Assembly: GCA_964016885.1 (NCBI GenBank) | Contig: OZ024740.1 | Span: 291,338,001-291,402,000, forward strand | DNA length: 64,000 nt | Direction: 5' to 3' | Origin: Eledone cirrhosa | Lineage: Eukaryota | Shown: positions 53,322 to 64,000 of the stretch, one piece after another | Layout: each line of letters opens with the position of its first letter | Numbering within the stretch: the first letter of the stretch is position 1 | Made by a program: the position numbers and the translations under genes | The notes under the pieces: generated by a model | What the model saw: only the letters and a program-made list of their open reading frames with translations | Databases searched by the model: none | What the model was told of the DNA's origin: nothing

Positions 53322-55283
53322 CGTGCATGTATATATATATATATATATATACACACACATACATACATACATACATACATACATACATAGTTCAAGATAA
53401 ATAAGATACAATAACATACAGTCTTATTAGTTTGACGTTTGTTGGAAAAGGAAAATGAATGTTTCAGCGTATCAGACGTTAGTCGTTTATTAGGAAAGAG
53501 CAAAGTACGGTGAAAGTGGAGGCCGGGAAGCTAAAAAAAGTTTTCTCAGAATGAAGTAGGCAGGTAAGTAGTCTGCGGTGTGAGATGGGAGAAGTGTAGA
53601 GTCTATAGCTATCATTGGTACTGTTATCAGTGTGTAGATAGATTACAGTTCATGGGTGTGCGTGTCTATGTTATTTTATCTTTGTGTGTGTTTGAGTGAG
53701 TTTATTAGTGTGTTTATGTGTGTGTGTATAAACTTGTATGGATAACTCTGTGTGAGTGTGCGTGCGCGCCAAATGAGAAGAGATATATCTTGCGCCTGTA
53801 TTCCGAAGTCTCAATAATACTGTGTAAACTTTATATTATTAGTTAGAGTGACGTGTTGAAAAAATTCTGTTTCGGATAATAAATTGCATTAAATGTTATC
53901 AAATATTATTTCGCATTGTTCTCACGCTGGAAAATTTTAAACGGTTTGAACCTATATGCTATATTTGTGTTGAGTCATAGTTTTAGCGAATACCCAAATA
54001 AATAATTTCTGTCGTCAAGTATTTATTGTTTTGTTTCGTACCATGGAGTTGAAGATACTCCTTATATTCACAATTGTATAAATAACATTACAAATTGTTT
54101 ACATTTCTTTCAGAATAAAAATATAAACATATATGATGGTTTCTGTTTTAGGCACAATGCCAACAATTTGGGAGGAGGGGAAAGTCGATTAAATCGACCC
54201 CAGTGCGTTACATATAATAAATACAATTAACTTGATAGGAACCTTCTTCTGCTCCCACTTAATCCTGAGAGGGTCGTGGGCGGAGGTCGTTAAACACTCC
54301 TTCCAACGGGTCTTGCCAAAAGCAACCGTCTCCAACTGGATCCCCAAGTGAGACCAGCCAAGCTCATGGATGTTATCCAACCATCTTGCTCAGGGTCTCC
54401 CGCTGGTTGGTTTTGCCCGTAAAATATATCCAGCGATTCTTTGCTGAGAAATTCTCACCACATGCCCATAGAACCTCAGAAATAAAATATTTATTCGTAA
54501 TTCGGGAGTGGCATCGTAAATAATTTAAACCTCAAAACTAAAAAGTATATAACTTTCATGCCAATATTTGCATAATTCAAAAGAATTTGCATTTCACATA
54601 AGTAACAAATTAATATATACTCTGGCAGTAGAGCCATGACCTACATTTTATTTGTAACTGTCATACATCTATCAAAGACAAACAAAAGTTATGACAAGCC
54701 TTAACATTCTTAAATGTATTAACTTTTCTCTTAAATGTATTAATTTTTTATCTATTTTGTGTTATCATAAAAAAATATCATCATTATTACTTTTCTATGA
54801 ATATAATAATATAATTGTTTCTACTTTTGGCATTACCGTAAACTGGTTGTAGCACCTGGGGGATGTCATGTAGTGAGTGCCTTGATCTCTGCTCATCTAA
54901 GAATAAGGACCTCACACACTCTAGTCTAACTACCGTGAGCTGATTGTAGCACCTGGTGGATGTCATATGGTGAGTGCCTGGATCTCTGTTCACCCGAAAG
55001 TGTGTACCTCCCACACCCTAATCCTACTACTGCGAGCTGGTTGTAACACCTGGTGGATGTCACCTGATTACTATCTCATACGAAAAAAAAAAGTGAGCTG
55101 CTTAGGAGAAGAGTATTTTTGTTTAAATCTCACCACCTTGAATTTTCTCATCAAACTACCAAATGTTATGTTTCTTTTTCTCTCGCTTTGACCATATATT
55201 TTTATGCATTATATTTGTGAGGTTCTTAACAATAATTAATTGTATTTATTATAATCATTTATCAGCCTTAGTTTTATCAAAGA

Positions 55284-56178
55284 CTAGCATTAAAGCCCGG
55301 CGTTGCTCGGGGTCATTAAGTTACCAAAGTTAGGTTGCACCACCCATTTTATGGCAGCACTTTTTTGTCTGCCAGGCACTGGGTGAATGAATTGCAGACC
55401 TGGAAGCATGAGCTGCGCCAGCAGTGACAATTGTAGTTTCGCCTATGGATATTATCTCTGTGCAAAAAAGTGTTGAAATTTATTGTTTCACAGTACTTGC
55501 GCAACACGCGCGTAGACGATGCCAGCTAAACAACAGAGCTGCGATTGAGTTGTTCTGCATGGTTGTCTGTGTGTTTTCTAAATTTAAGACAGTAGGGAGG
55601 GTTGTGATATGAGGGAGAGTTAGCTGTTGTTTCTAGCAGGTTTAGTGACCTCAGAGGATATGTGTTTTCTAAATTTAGGACAGTAGGGAGTGGTGTGATA
55701 TGGGGGAGAGTTAGCTGCTGTTTCTAGCAGGTTTAGTGACCTCATAGAAGATATGTTTTCTAAATTTAAGACAGTAGGGAGGGGTGTGATATGGGGGAGA
55801 GTTAGCTGCTGTTTCTAGCAGGTTTAGTAACCTCATAGAGGATATGTGTTTTCTAAATTTAAGACAGTAGGGAGTGGTGTGAACAGACAGTATTACCATC
55901 AAGCTTGGAAAGAGAAAGTAGCAGAAAGTATGAAGTTGTATAGATTTTGAATGGTAGTAGAAAGAGTTCAGCAGTTTAAATGAGAGAAAAAAATCGTAAA
56001 ATATTGAGTTTTATCTATTTTTTGCGTAATTGTGGGTGAAATTGAAAAAATTATCTGCGTCAAGACGCAATCGAAACTATTTCGAATACTGAATTGTAAA
56101 TTTCAATTGAAGAAATTCTATATCGTAGATTTCTATAACGAAGGAGCATGACCACACATTGAGCTTTATAGATTATGA
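55284..56178 (-). mobile_element. Non-autonomous Helitron with an internal ~92-bp tandem repeat (about 55570-55880)
   Basis: - strand reads A|TCataatctataaag ... cccgagcaacgccggg hairpin ... CTAG|T. Confidence 0.7.
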
Positions 56179-56593
56179 TACTAGGTAAAGTTAAGATGAA
56201 TGACTACTTTGCTGTAATTGTTGACTCTACTATTGACATCAGCAGAATTGAAAACCCTGCGATATGTAAAAGTACACGGCTATGCAGTGGAACGATATAT
56301 ATGATTTGACAAATTAACGTCCAGTAATCAAAAGCTTATGTATGTTAATAATTATGTCATATGGTCAGTCATATGATAGAGTAAGCATCCTGTCGGCTGA
56401 AATATCTCATCTCCAAACAAAAATTAATGAAGTTGCTGCTGTGCACATAATTTAAATTTGATTCTAATTTATAAAGCTGCGAGTGTGTTGGCTTGCCTAA
56501 AGAAATTATTTTAGGGGAGCTCGTGGAATCTGTTTGCGAGTGTCTTCTCCCACTTTAAAAAAAATGTATAAATTGTGTTTATTTGTATGCATT

Positions 56594-56991
56594 TGTAGCG
56601 AGATCTGTCCACGTCTTGAACCTTGGGTGACACCTAAAGGTCAAATTGTAGGTCACCACCCTTTTGATGTGAACAGGTTCGAGTTGGGAGACAGGAAGTG
56701 ACAGCTATATAAAGCCTGTATCATCTCACTTTAGTAATAGAGACATCGGAGCACCCCACTACAGAACAAGCTATGTGAAAGATTCACCACAATCAACAGA
56801 CCCCAGTGGTCTACAGAAAGACAAGAAAGATCGGAGCATTACGCTAGCAACTATGTAAAGATTCACAGTTACTACAGACCCCAGAGGTCTACAGAAATAC
56901 AGAGTGATTGAACACAAATGTGGAAGATTCACCGCTGTCTGCAGGCCACGGTGGTTCACAGTTACTACAAACCATAACAGAGGTATACAAA

Positions 56992-57062
<71 letters not shown>

Positions 57063-57354
57063 TATGGTCTCAGAATTACTACCACGGACTCCAACTTCCA
57101 ACAACAACATTATCTGTTCGCTCGCTGTTTTCACATTAACAACTCTTGGTAACTGTTTTATTGTACTTTTTAATTGATTCACGTGAACTAAACAATTATA
57201 TAAACCAAATCATTTATTCTTATTATTCATGTTATTACATCTAACAACTTTGTTATTATCATATCTAAACAACCACATATAACTATAACAATTTCTTAAT
57301 TTACCCTTCGTTAAACATTCTATTGAAATAAATATCACATATACTTTCACTACA
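56594..57354 (+). mobile_element. Solo LTR, Gypsy-like (related 5' end at about 57915-58389)
   Basis: TGTAG...CTACA termini, 4-bp CATT duplication (56590-56593 and 57355-57358), internal TATATAA and AATAAA. Confidence 0.6.
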
Positions 57355-58791
57355 CATTGGTTTCAGTAAGTTCCAATATTCAAACCAAGATAGGATCTAT
57401 ACCTTTTCTCTTGGCAGTATATCTCGTATAATCAGATCAAATCTTCCGCACTGACTCACAAGAAAAACTTTGTGATACTTGATGGGTGTTTAGAAAATCG
57501 CAGTATAAGCAGTCTTGCAGAACTTATCAGTACTAGTAACTAATATACAAAGAATTGAGGGTAATGAGATTTAAACAAAAATACTGTACTCCTAAGCAGC
57601 TCACTTTTTTTTTGCGTATCAGGTGACATCCACCAAGTGTTACAACCAGCTCGCAGTAGTAGGATTAGGGTGTGGGAGGTACACACTTTCGGGTGAACAG
57701 AGACCCAGGCACTCACCATGTGACATCCACCAGGTGTTACAACCAGCTCACGGTAGACGGACTAGAATGTGTGCGGTCCACACTCTTAGGTGAGCAGAGA
57801 TCAAGGCACTCACTACATGACACCCCCCAGGTGCTACAACGAGTTCACGGTAGTGGGATTAGGGTGTGAGGTCCACAGTCTCAGGTGGGCGGATATCTGG
57901 GCATTCACTCTGTATGTAGCGAAATATGTCCACACCTTGACCCCTGGGTGATATTTAACGGTCATTTTCTGAGCAAAACAAGTCTGAGAGTGGACGACCA
58001 GGGGACAGAGGAAGCGACAGATATAAATAGCCTGTCTTAGATCAAACGGGAAGCATTTCTTGATAGAGTAAACATGTAAAACATTTGCTTTCTACAAACC
58101 CCTTTGGGGTCTTACAGACTCTAACTTTCTCTTACTCTCTCTCTTTTACTCAATTTCTCTCTCTCTCTCTTTGTCTCTATCCTAACCAAGACAGTGACGT
58201 TCGTGAAGTTTTCTTGGTAAATACAATTTAATTCTACTTTTACAAACAAACAAATAACGTACATAATCCCTGTATTTTCCATATAACTCCGGCGTGAGTT
58301 ATTTTCAATAAATTAATAATATAGCGGTTTGGTGTCATTCTGGTTCATTTATACATATTCATTTTCTGCGTGATCAAGGAACTACCACATTATCTTATTG
58401 AACATTTACTCACTTAACTGCACACAGGCAACCTCTGGTCACACTGCATCACACAACCGTGACCACACGACACAGCAAGCTACAAGTGAGCACACACACA
58501 ACAAACGAATCAATACCACAACACAATCAACTCACCAGATCGAAAAACAAATAATTGCTATATGTATGTTCTGCAGTCTGCTCTGGTGAGCCACACCGGA
58601 AAGCTGCTGGTGACTGCATTCCCCCAGTGGTGCATGGCTCCTTGAATCTGTTGACATCTGTGCATAGCCAATTCAGGGACACCCATTCCACCCAAGAGAG
58701 GTTAGAGCCCTTTCCTAAGGGGTTAATATATCTAACTTTGTTAATTATCGCATTTGTTAAGAAACTGGTATTATACCCAATTTATTCATCT

Positions 58792-58845
<54 letters not shown>

Positions 58846-59168
58846 GAAAAATTGAACAGGGACAGAACAGAGAGGCAGTACGATAAATGTTTATTAAATT
58901 CACGCTCAGGAGAGTGGGGGGTAGAACAATAGCATAAGGTCTTCGAAATGCTTTTAATTAAGCATACAGTGTATTGCAAAATACACTATATATACATTAG
59001 ACTCACTTACTTTAATTTTCAGCAAAATACACTATATATACATTCATATATATATATCGCTATTCAGAGCACCAATTCTAATTTTCAATTTCTGCTTGAC
59101 CGACAACCGCTCTGTATAATCAGTTCCTGATTATTTACTAGAATTCTATAAGAACCAAACATCCATGA

Positions 59169-59259
59169 TTTCAGCAAACAGGAGGAGTAGTTGGCTTTGA
59201 TAAGCATCAATAAATGCGAAACAGGGCCCTGTCAGTTTTATCTCCCCTGTTTGCTGAAA
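59169..59259 (+). ncRNA. Type I hammerhead ribozyme motif, U3-A8 core variant with extended stem I
   Basis: GGCT-TTGATAA-GCAT-CAATAA-ATGC-GAAA-CAG-GGCC-CTG-TC/AGTT, closed by tttcagcaaacagg / cctgtttgctgaaa. Confidence 0.7.
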
Positions 59260-59401
59260 ATTAAAGTGAGTCTGTTACTACTCTAAAATAATAGCATAAG
59301 GTCTTCGAAATGCTTTTAATTAAGCATACAGTGTATTGCAAAATACACTATATATACATTCATATATATATATATATAGCTATTTCAGAGCACCAATTCT
59401 A

Positions 59402-59515
<114 letters not shown>

Positions 59516-59902
59516 AATAAATGGAAACTATATTTATAAAACTGTAGTGCTCTCCAGACAGGGAAGTAGTTAGAGTTACTTCCCGTCGAAAGTCTAGAAC
59601 CCTCTTTTGCAACTTCCGGAAAGAGGTTATAAATAGCGGCTCTTTTTCTCTTTGGCGCCTTTCCTTCGAACCGACAACACTGAAGATGAACAACATGTTA
59701 ATCACGGGCTTTGGACTATACCTAAATATGTACGAGGATATTTGTGTACAAGAATTATAACGGAGTTACAATAAAATGAAGACTTGTATTCGATATGGTG
59801 TTTTGTAAATATATCTTATCCTTTTCTGTATAAAATTTAGTAGTTAGATTCCGGTGATATTTACTCAAGTAAATAATCCTGGGTCTGGCAATTCACTAAA
59901 TT

Positions 59903-59964
59903 TATTTTATTATATATATTTCAAGGGTACCAAAAACTTTGGTACGCCCTCATCAGATAAAATA
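59903..59964 (-). ncRNA. Type I hammerhead ribozyme motif (third subfamily)
   Basis: TATTTTAT-CTGATGA-GGGCGTACCAAA-GTT-TTTGGTACCCTT-GAAA-TATATA-T-A/ATAAAATA. Confidence 0.7.
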
Positions 59965-61369
59965 CAAAATTTGTTTTATAAATAGTGACATACCCGATAA
60001 ACCAGACCTTATGTATGTGTACAATCTTTAACAGAAAGAATGGTTGATGTATATATATATTTTAAAGGAGAATTTCATACTTATATACTCCTCCGTCTTA
60101 GCAGTATTATATAGATGTAGTAGTCCTATTATAATTACCAGTCTAGCAGAGTTATAGAAGTAGTGATGTAATAGTTATAGCGCCACGAGTAACCAGTTCG
60201 GTAGAAAGATATGATAGGAATATCGACAACGACTTTAGCTTGTTTTTATGTTATTTATTAACAAAGGTTGAGCTGAGTAGAGCAGGCATGACAAGAGAAA
60301 TAAAACAAACGAATTAAGATTTTTCAGAAGGCACGGTCTACTGGCTGAAGTGTTGCTAGGCCGTGGTTAAATTGTTGTGTTACATATTGGCCAGTGATTA
60401 CACAGCGAAAGAAAAGCAGTTGTTTACCTTAGCGTTGTCGGGCTGCAAGAGAGAGATCTTCCGAGCCGACGCGGGAATTTTTCCCTCAGGGCGCGTAGAG
60501 ATACATTCTCCTCCGCTGGTGGTCATTGGCTGGGCTGAGCCAAATAACGCACGAAGAATGTATATGAGCCCGCGGAATGTAGGTCACTACAAATCCAATC
60601 GAGGAGAGAGTAGAGATTAGTGTGTGAGAATTACAAGCCAATAGCAAAGAGGGCTCTATGCGTATATGATGCAAGACAAGCGTACAGCGGGAGCGTGCAA
60701 GAGAAATAGAAGCTCTTAATAACACATGGACCTGTCGATTCATATATTGATAGGGTTCCATCTTATAGATTAAATCGTGATTTTGTCCTCTGAAACAATT
60801 GTAAACAAATAAACACTTTTTCAAGAATTTGGTTGTATTTTCTCTTACTGTAATTTAGATATATATATGCATTCATTTAGTATGGCTATTGGTGAGTTTT
60901 CTTACTCTAAAGTTTCACCTGCGTACTTATAGGATTACCTATCTTGTCTGGAATATTTAAACTCTACTTCGGTATTGAATTTTCATTCTTACGTCCATCA
61001 ATAATTCTCATACTCTATGGGCTGAAATAATCGTCCCCACCCCCCGCTTATTAATTTGTCAGACCCCACACCCCACCCGCTTATTAAATTTTGCTAATCT
61101 ATCTCCGGTTAAATTTTATTGTAAATGATTCATATTGATACAGCAGCTGGAGAATCTAATAATTGTTTCTACTTTTGGCCTTTTGGCACAAGGCCAGCAA
61201 TTAACCAGTCCATTACTGGTACTTTTCATTTTATCGACCCCGTAAGGATGAAAGGCAAAGTTAACCGCGGCGGGATTTGAACTCAGAATGGCAAGGGCCG
61301 TAAAATGTAAACATTTGGTGGATACTATGTGGAATAATAAACTTTGACGAAGACAAGATAATTTCAATA

Positions 61370-64000
61370 GGAAAGTCCTCCGGGGGTGTATTTGGTGGGA
61401 CCAGCGTAGAAGTTCTGGTGCAAATGAGCCCAGAACGAATAGCGAATATCCCACAACGCGTGCCTCTGGACGGGCTAACTTATATAAACATTTCAGTGGA
61501 GGGAAGGCGGCCGTCATGTTACCACTGCTTAAGCAGGGGTCACCTGAGGGCTGCCTGTCCTCAATTAACGAGTCAAAAAAAAAAGGCTCTTCTGCCAACC
61601 CCGAACACAACAACACAACCACCACCACCACCACCACCACCACCACCACCACCATAACAACACAAAACACTGTTCCACCCAACCCCTCCCCACCTAAAAC
61701 AAATACAAAAGCAACGACAACAAAACCCCAAAATATACCCCTCCCCAACAACACGGAAGAGGACTCCGTATCAACGTCACCCAGTGACGACGAGGGAGAA
61801 CCCTTTCAACAGGTGAAAAGGAAAAAGAAAAGGCACCACATTAACAAAAATGCCACAAACACACAACCACCAGCACAAACAGAACAAACATCACAAATAA
61901 AAAAAACCCACCTCTCCCCAAAACATAACACGTACTACAAAACGCAAACACGCGCAAGAACAACAAACAACAACAAACACAACACAACAAAAACTCTATA
62001 CATACATTAACAAGAACAATAAAACGTTGATGAAAGCGATAGAAAATAACCCTTCGGTGGAAACCGAAGGGATCACTTTCACCTACGCAGCGAACAAACC
62101 GCACCTAATGATGATTAGGGTCCCAACGGAAACCTATGTAACTTTAAAAAAGAACCATCCAATGCATGTGGGGACCAACTGCACCAAACCACATAACAGG
62201 GTCCTATTGAGATGTTTCCCCACCCCCACACCAGACACCCACACCCCACCAAACACCCTAATCCCACCACACACTGATGTCCTCACCCCACCACAAACAA
62301 CCACCCCACCAAACAACCCTTCCAACACCCCCATGGAAATTGTGCAGCCTGGTCCCCAGGAGACGAAGAGGTAAGTAATTTCCTTTCCTCTTCCTTTTTA
62401 CCTCTTCAGCACCAACATGGCCAATATAAGAGTTGGATGTGTGAATGCACGCGGCTTGGGGATGTCCTGGAAACAGGGCAAACTCTTAAATGACCTCAGG
62501 TCGCACAGAGTGGATGTAATGGTTATTTGCGAGTCCAGGATCAGCAGCGAGCGCCAACTGGCCCCCATCTTCGACGACTTTGAGATCTACGCATCTCTCT
62601 GTCAGCCGAGGGGTGGGGGTTAGGTTGTCGTTCTGCTGCGAAAATACCTGGGTCTTGCCACACAGAAGGTACACCTGGACCCGGAGGGTCGACTGGTGAT
62701 TTTAGACGTCGGCAGTGGTGAAGGTGGAGCTTTCAGGATGGTGGCAGCGTATGCCCCATCTGGGACACCGCGACCGGACTTCTTCCGACGCCTGGAGAAT
62801 TTCCTGGGAACGTCTCGCTCCTTGCTTTTAGTGGGGGACTGGGATGGTATCCTGGATGCACGTTGGGACTATGTAGGGGCATGTCCCGATAGAGGGGGTG
62901 TAACAGCCTCAAACGATTAATCGGCCGATTTGATCTGGCCGATAGATATCGACTGGATTTTTCCGACTGTGCCACGGTGGACGTGGAGTAATCGCAGCGG
63001 AACATCCAGGTCGTACCTAGAGAGGTTCCTAGTTAGAAATAAGGATAGGGACATATTAAGCTGTCCACGAATGTTCATGGTTGACTATTCGGATCACAAG
63101 TTGTTGACTGGAGTGGTCAACCTTGATAGAACTCATAGACAGGGACCCGGTTACTGGAAGCTAAACTTGTCTTTACCGACAAACAAAGCTTACAGTAAGC
63201 GGATTAGCACACTAGTTAAGCAGCGTTTGACGGGGGAAATTGTCAACAACAGGTGGTGGGGCTCTCTCAAGAGAGAAATTAGAATAGAATCGATAGGTTT
63301 TAGTCGGGAATTAGCATCAGATAGGAATAGAACTGAAAGGGAATTAACAAATAGAGTAGAAGAGGCGATTAGGAGTGGCAACGTGGCCGGCGTGCTGGCG
63401 TCAAGAACGGCCCTAGACCAGTTCTTTGATGCGAAGCACGAAGCCTGCGTTGTCAGGAGTAAAATACGTGCTCTGGGTAACGAGGGAGCCAAAGCTGTTA
63501 GCTGGGCCCGAGTGACAGAGGCAAAAAGTGGAAACAAGTCCACGATTCGGTCTTTGAAGGACCAGGATGGACGCGTGATCCTTGAACCTGAGCGGATGAG
63601 CGCGGCCTTTCAACGGCGCTTTGCACGACTGTTCGGGAGGGGCGGCGGGCCGGGTGGGATTTCGGTCCATACCTCGACGGTCTGGCGCGGCTCTCGGAGG
63701 GGGAGGCGAAGTCCTGCGAGAGGCCGATTTCAGCCGCTGAAATAGGGGAAGCGCTGAGCCAATGCGGCAAACGCAAATCTCCGGGTCTCGATGGTCTACC
63801 ATACGAACTTTATGTAGCGATGCCGGGCTTGTTCTCCGGTCTCTTCGAGGCGGTCTACTGCAACTGGCAACAGAACGGGAGAATTCCCAGTTCTGTGACC
63901 AAGGGCGTAGTCACGCTGGTGAGGAAGGACGAGAACAAGGGGGATGACATAGATAACTTCAGGCCCATAACTCTGCTAAACACAGAGTTAAAGATTTTGG
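61370..64000 (+). mobile_element. L1/Tx1-clade LINE: ORF1 zinc knuckle and ORF2 APE endonuclease plus start of RT, with disabling mutations; runs off the window
   Basis: CYHCLSRGHLRAACP; IRVGCVNARGL, AYAP, GDWD, SDHK, GPGYWKLN, KSPGLDGLPYE, NFRPITLLN. Confidence 0.9.

Larger units (their letters stand above)
54836..57850. repeat. ~300-bp inverted repeat pair (about 54836-55135 and 57565-57850) built from ~97-bp subrepeats
   Basis: ORFs 54787-55014 (-) and 57672-57869 (+) are near-identical translations of the two arms. Confidence 0.85.

Overview
AT-rich, microsatellite-dense eukaryotic DNA. It is probably a coleoid cephalopod such as Octopus (inferred from the SINE/RTE/Penelope content, not verified). 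Only one host gene could be reconstructed: the 3' part of a + strand single-pass IL-17-receptor-like protein (ectodomain exons, a transmembrane exon at 35717-35848 and a SEFIR-like terminal exon at 37290-38206). A ~10-15 kb block holding a four-exon, 351-nt, phase-1/phase-1 ectodomain module is tandemly duplicated in frame (about 10.5-20.7 kb and 20.7-35.65 kb), and the two copies carry different transposon insertions. The rest is mobile DNA (Dong/R4, RTE, CR1 and Tx1 LINE remnants, tRNA SINEs, non-autonomous Helitrons, MITEs, a solo LTR, a Penelope GIY-YIG remnant) plus mini- and microsatellites. The main non-obvious signal is about nine well-formed type I hammerhead ribozyme motifs and three degenerate ones. 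Six lie as sense/antisense pairs in fold-back Penelope-like elements inserted in (TA)n, and one is a U3-A8 core variant with a GUC cleavage site. All calls were made by eye; no search or folding program was run.
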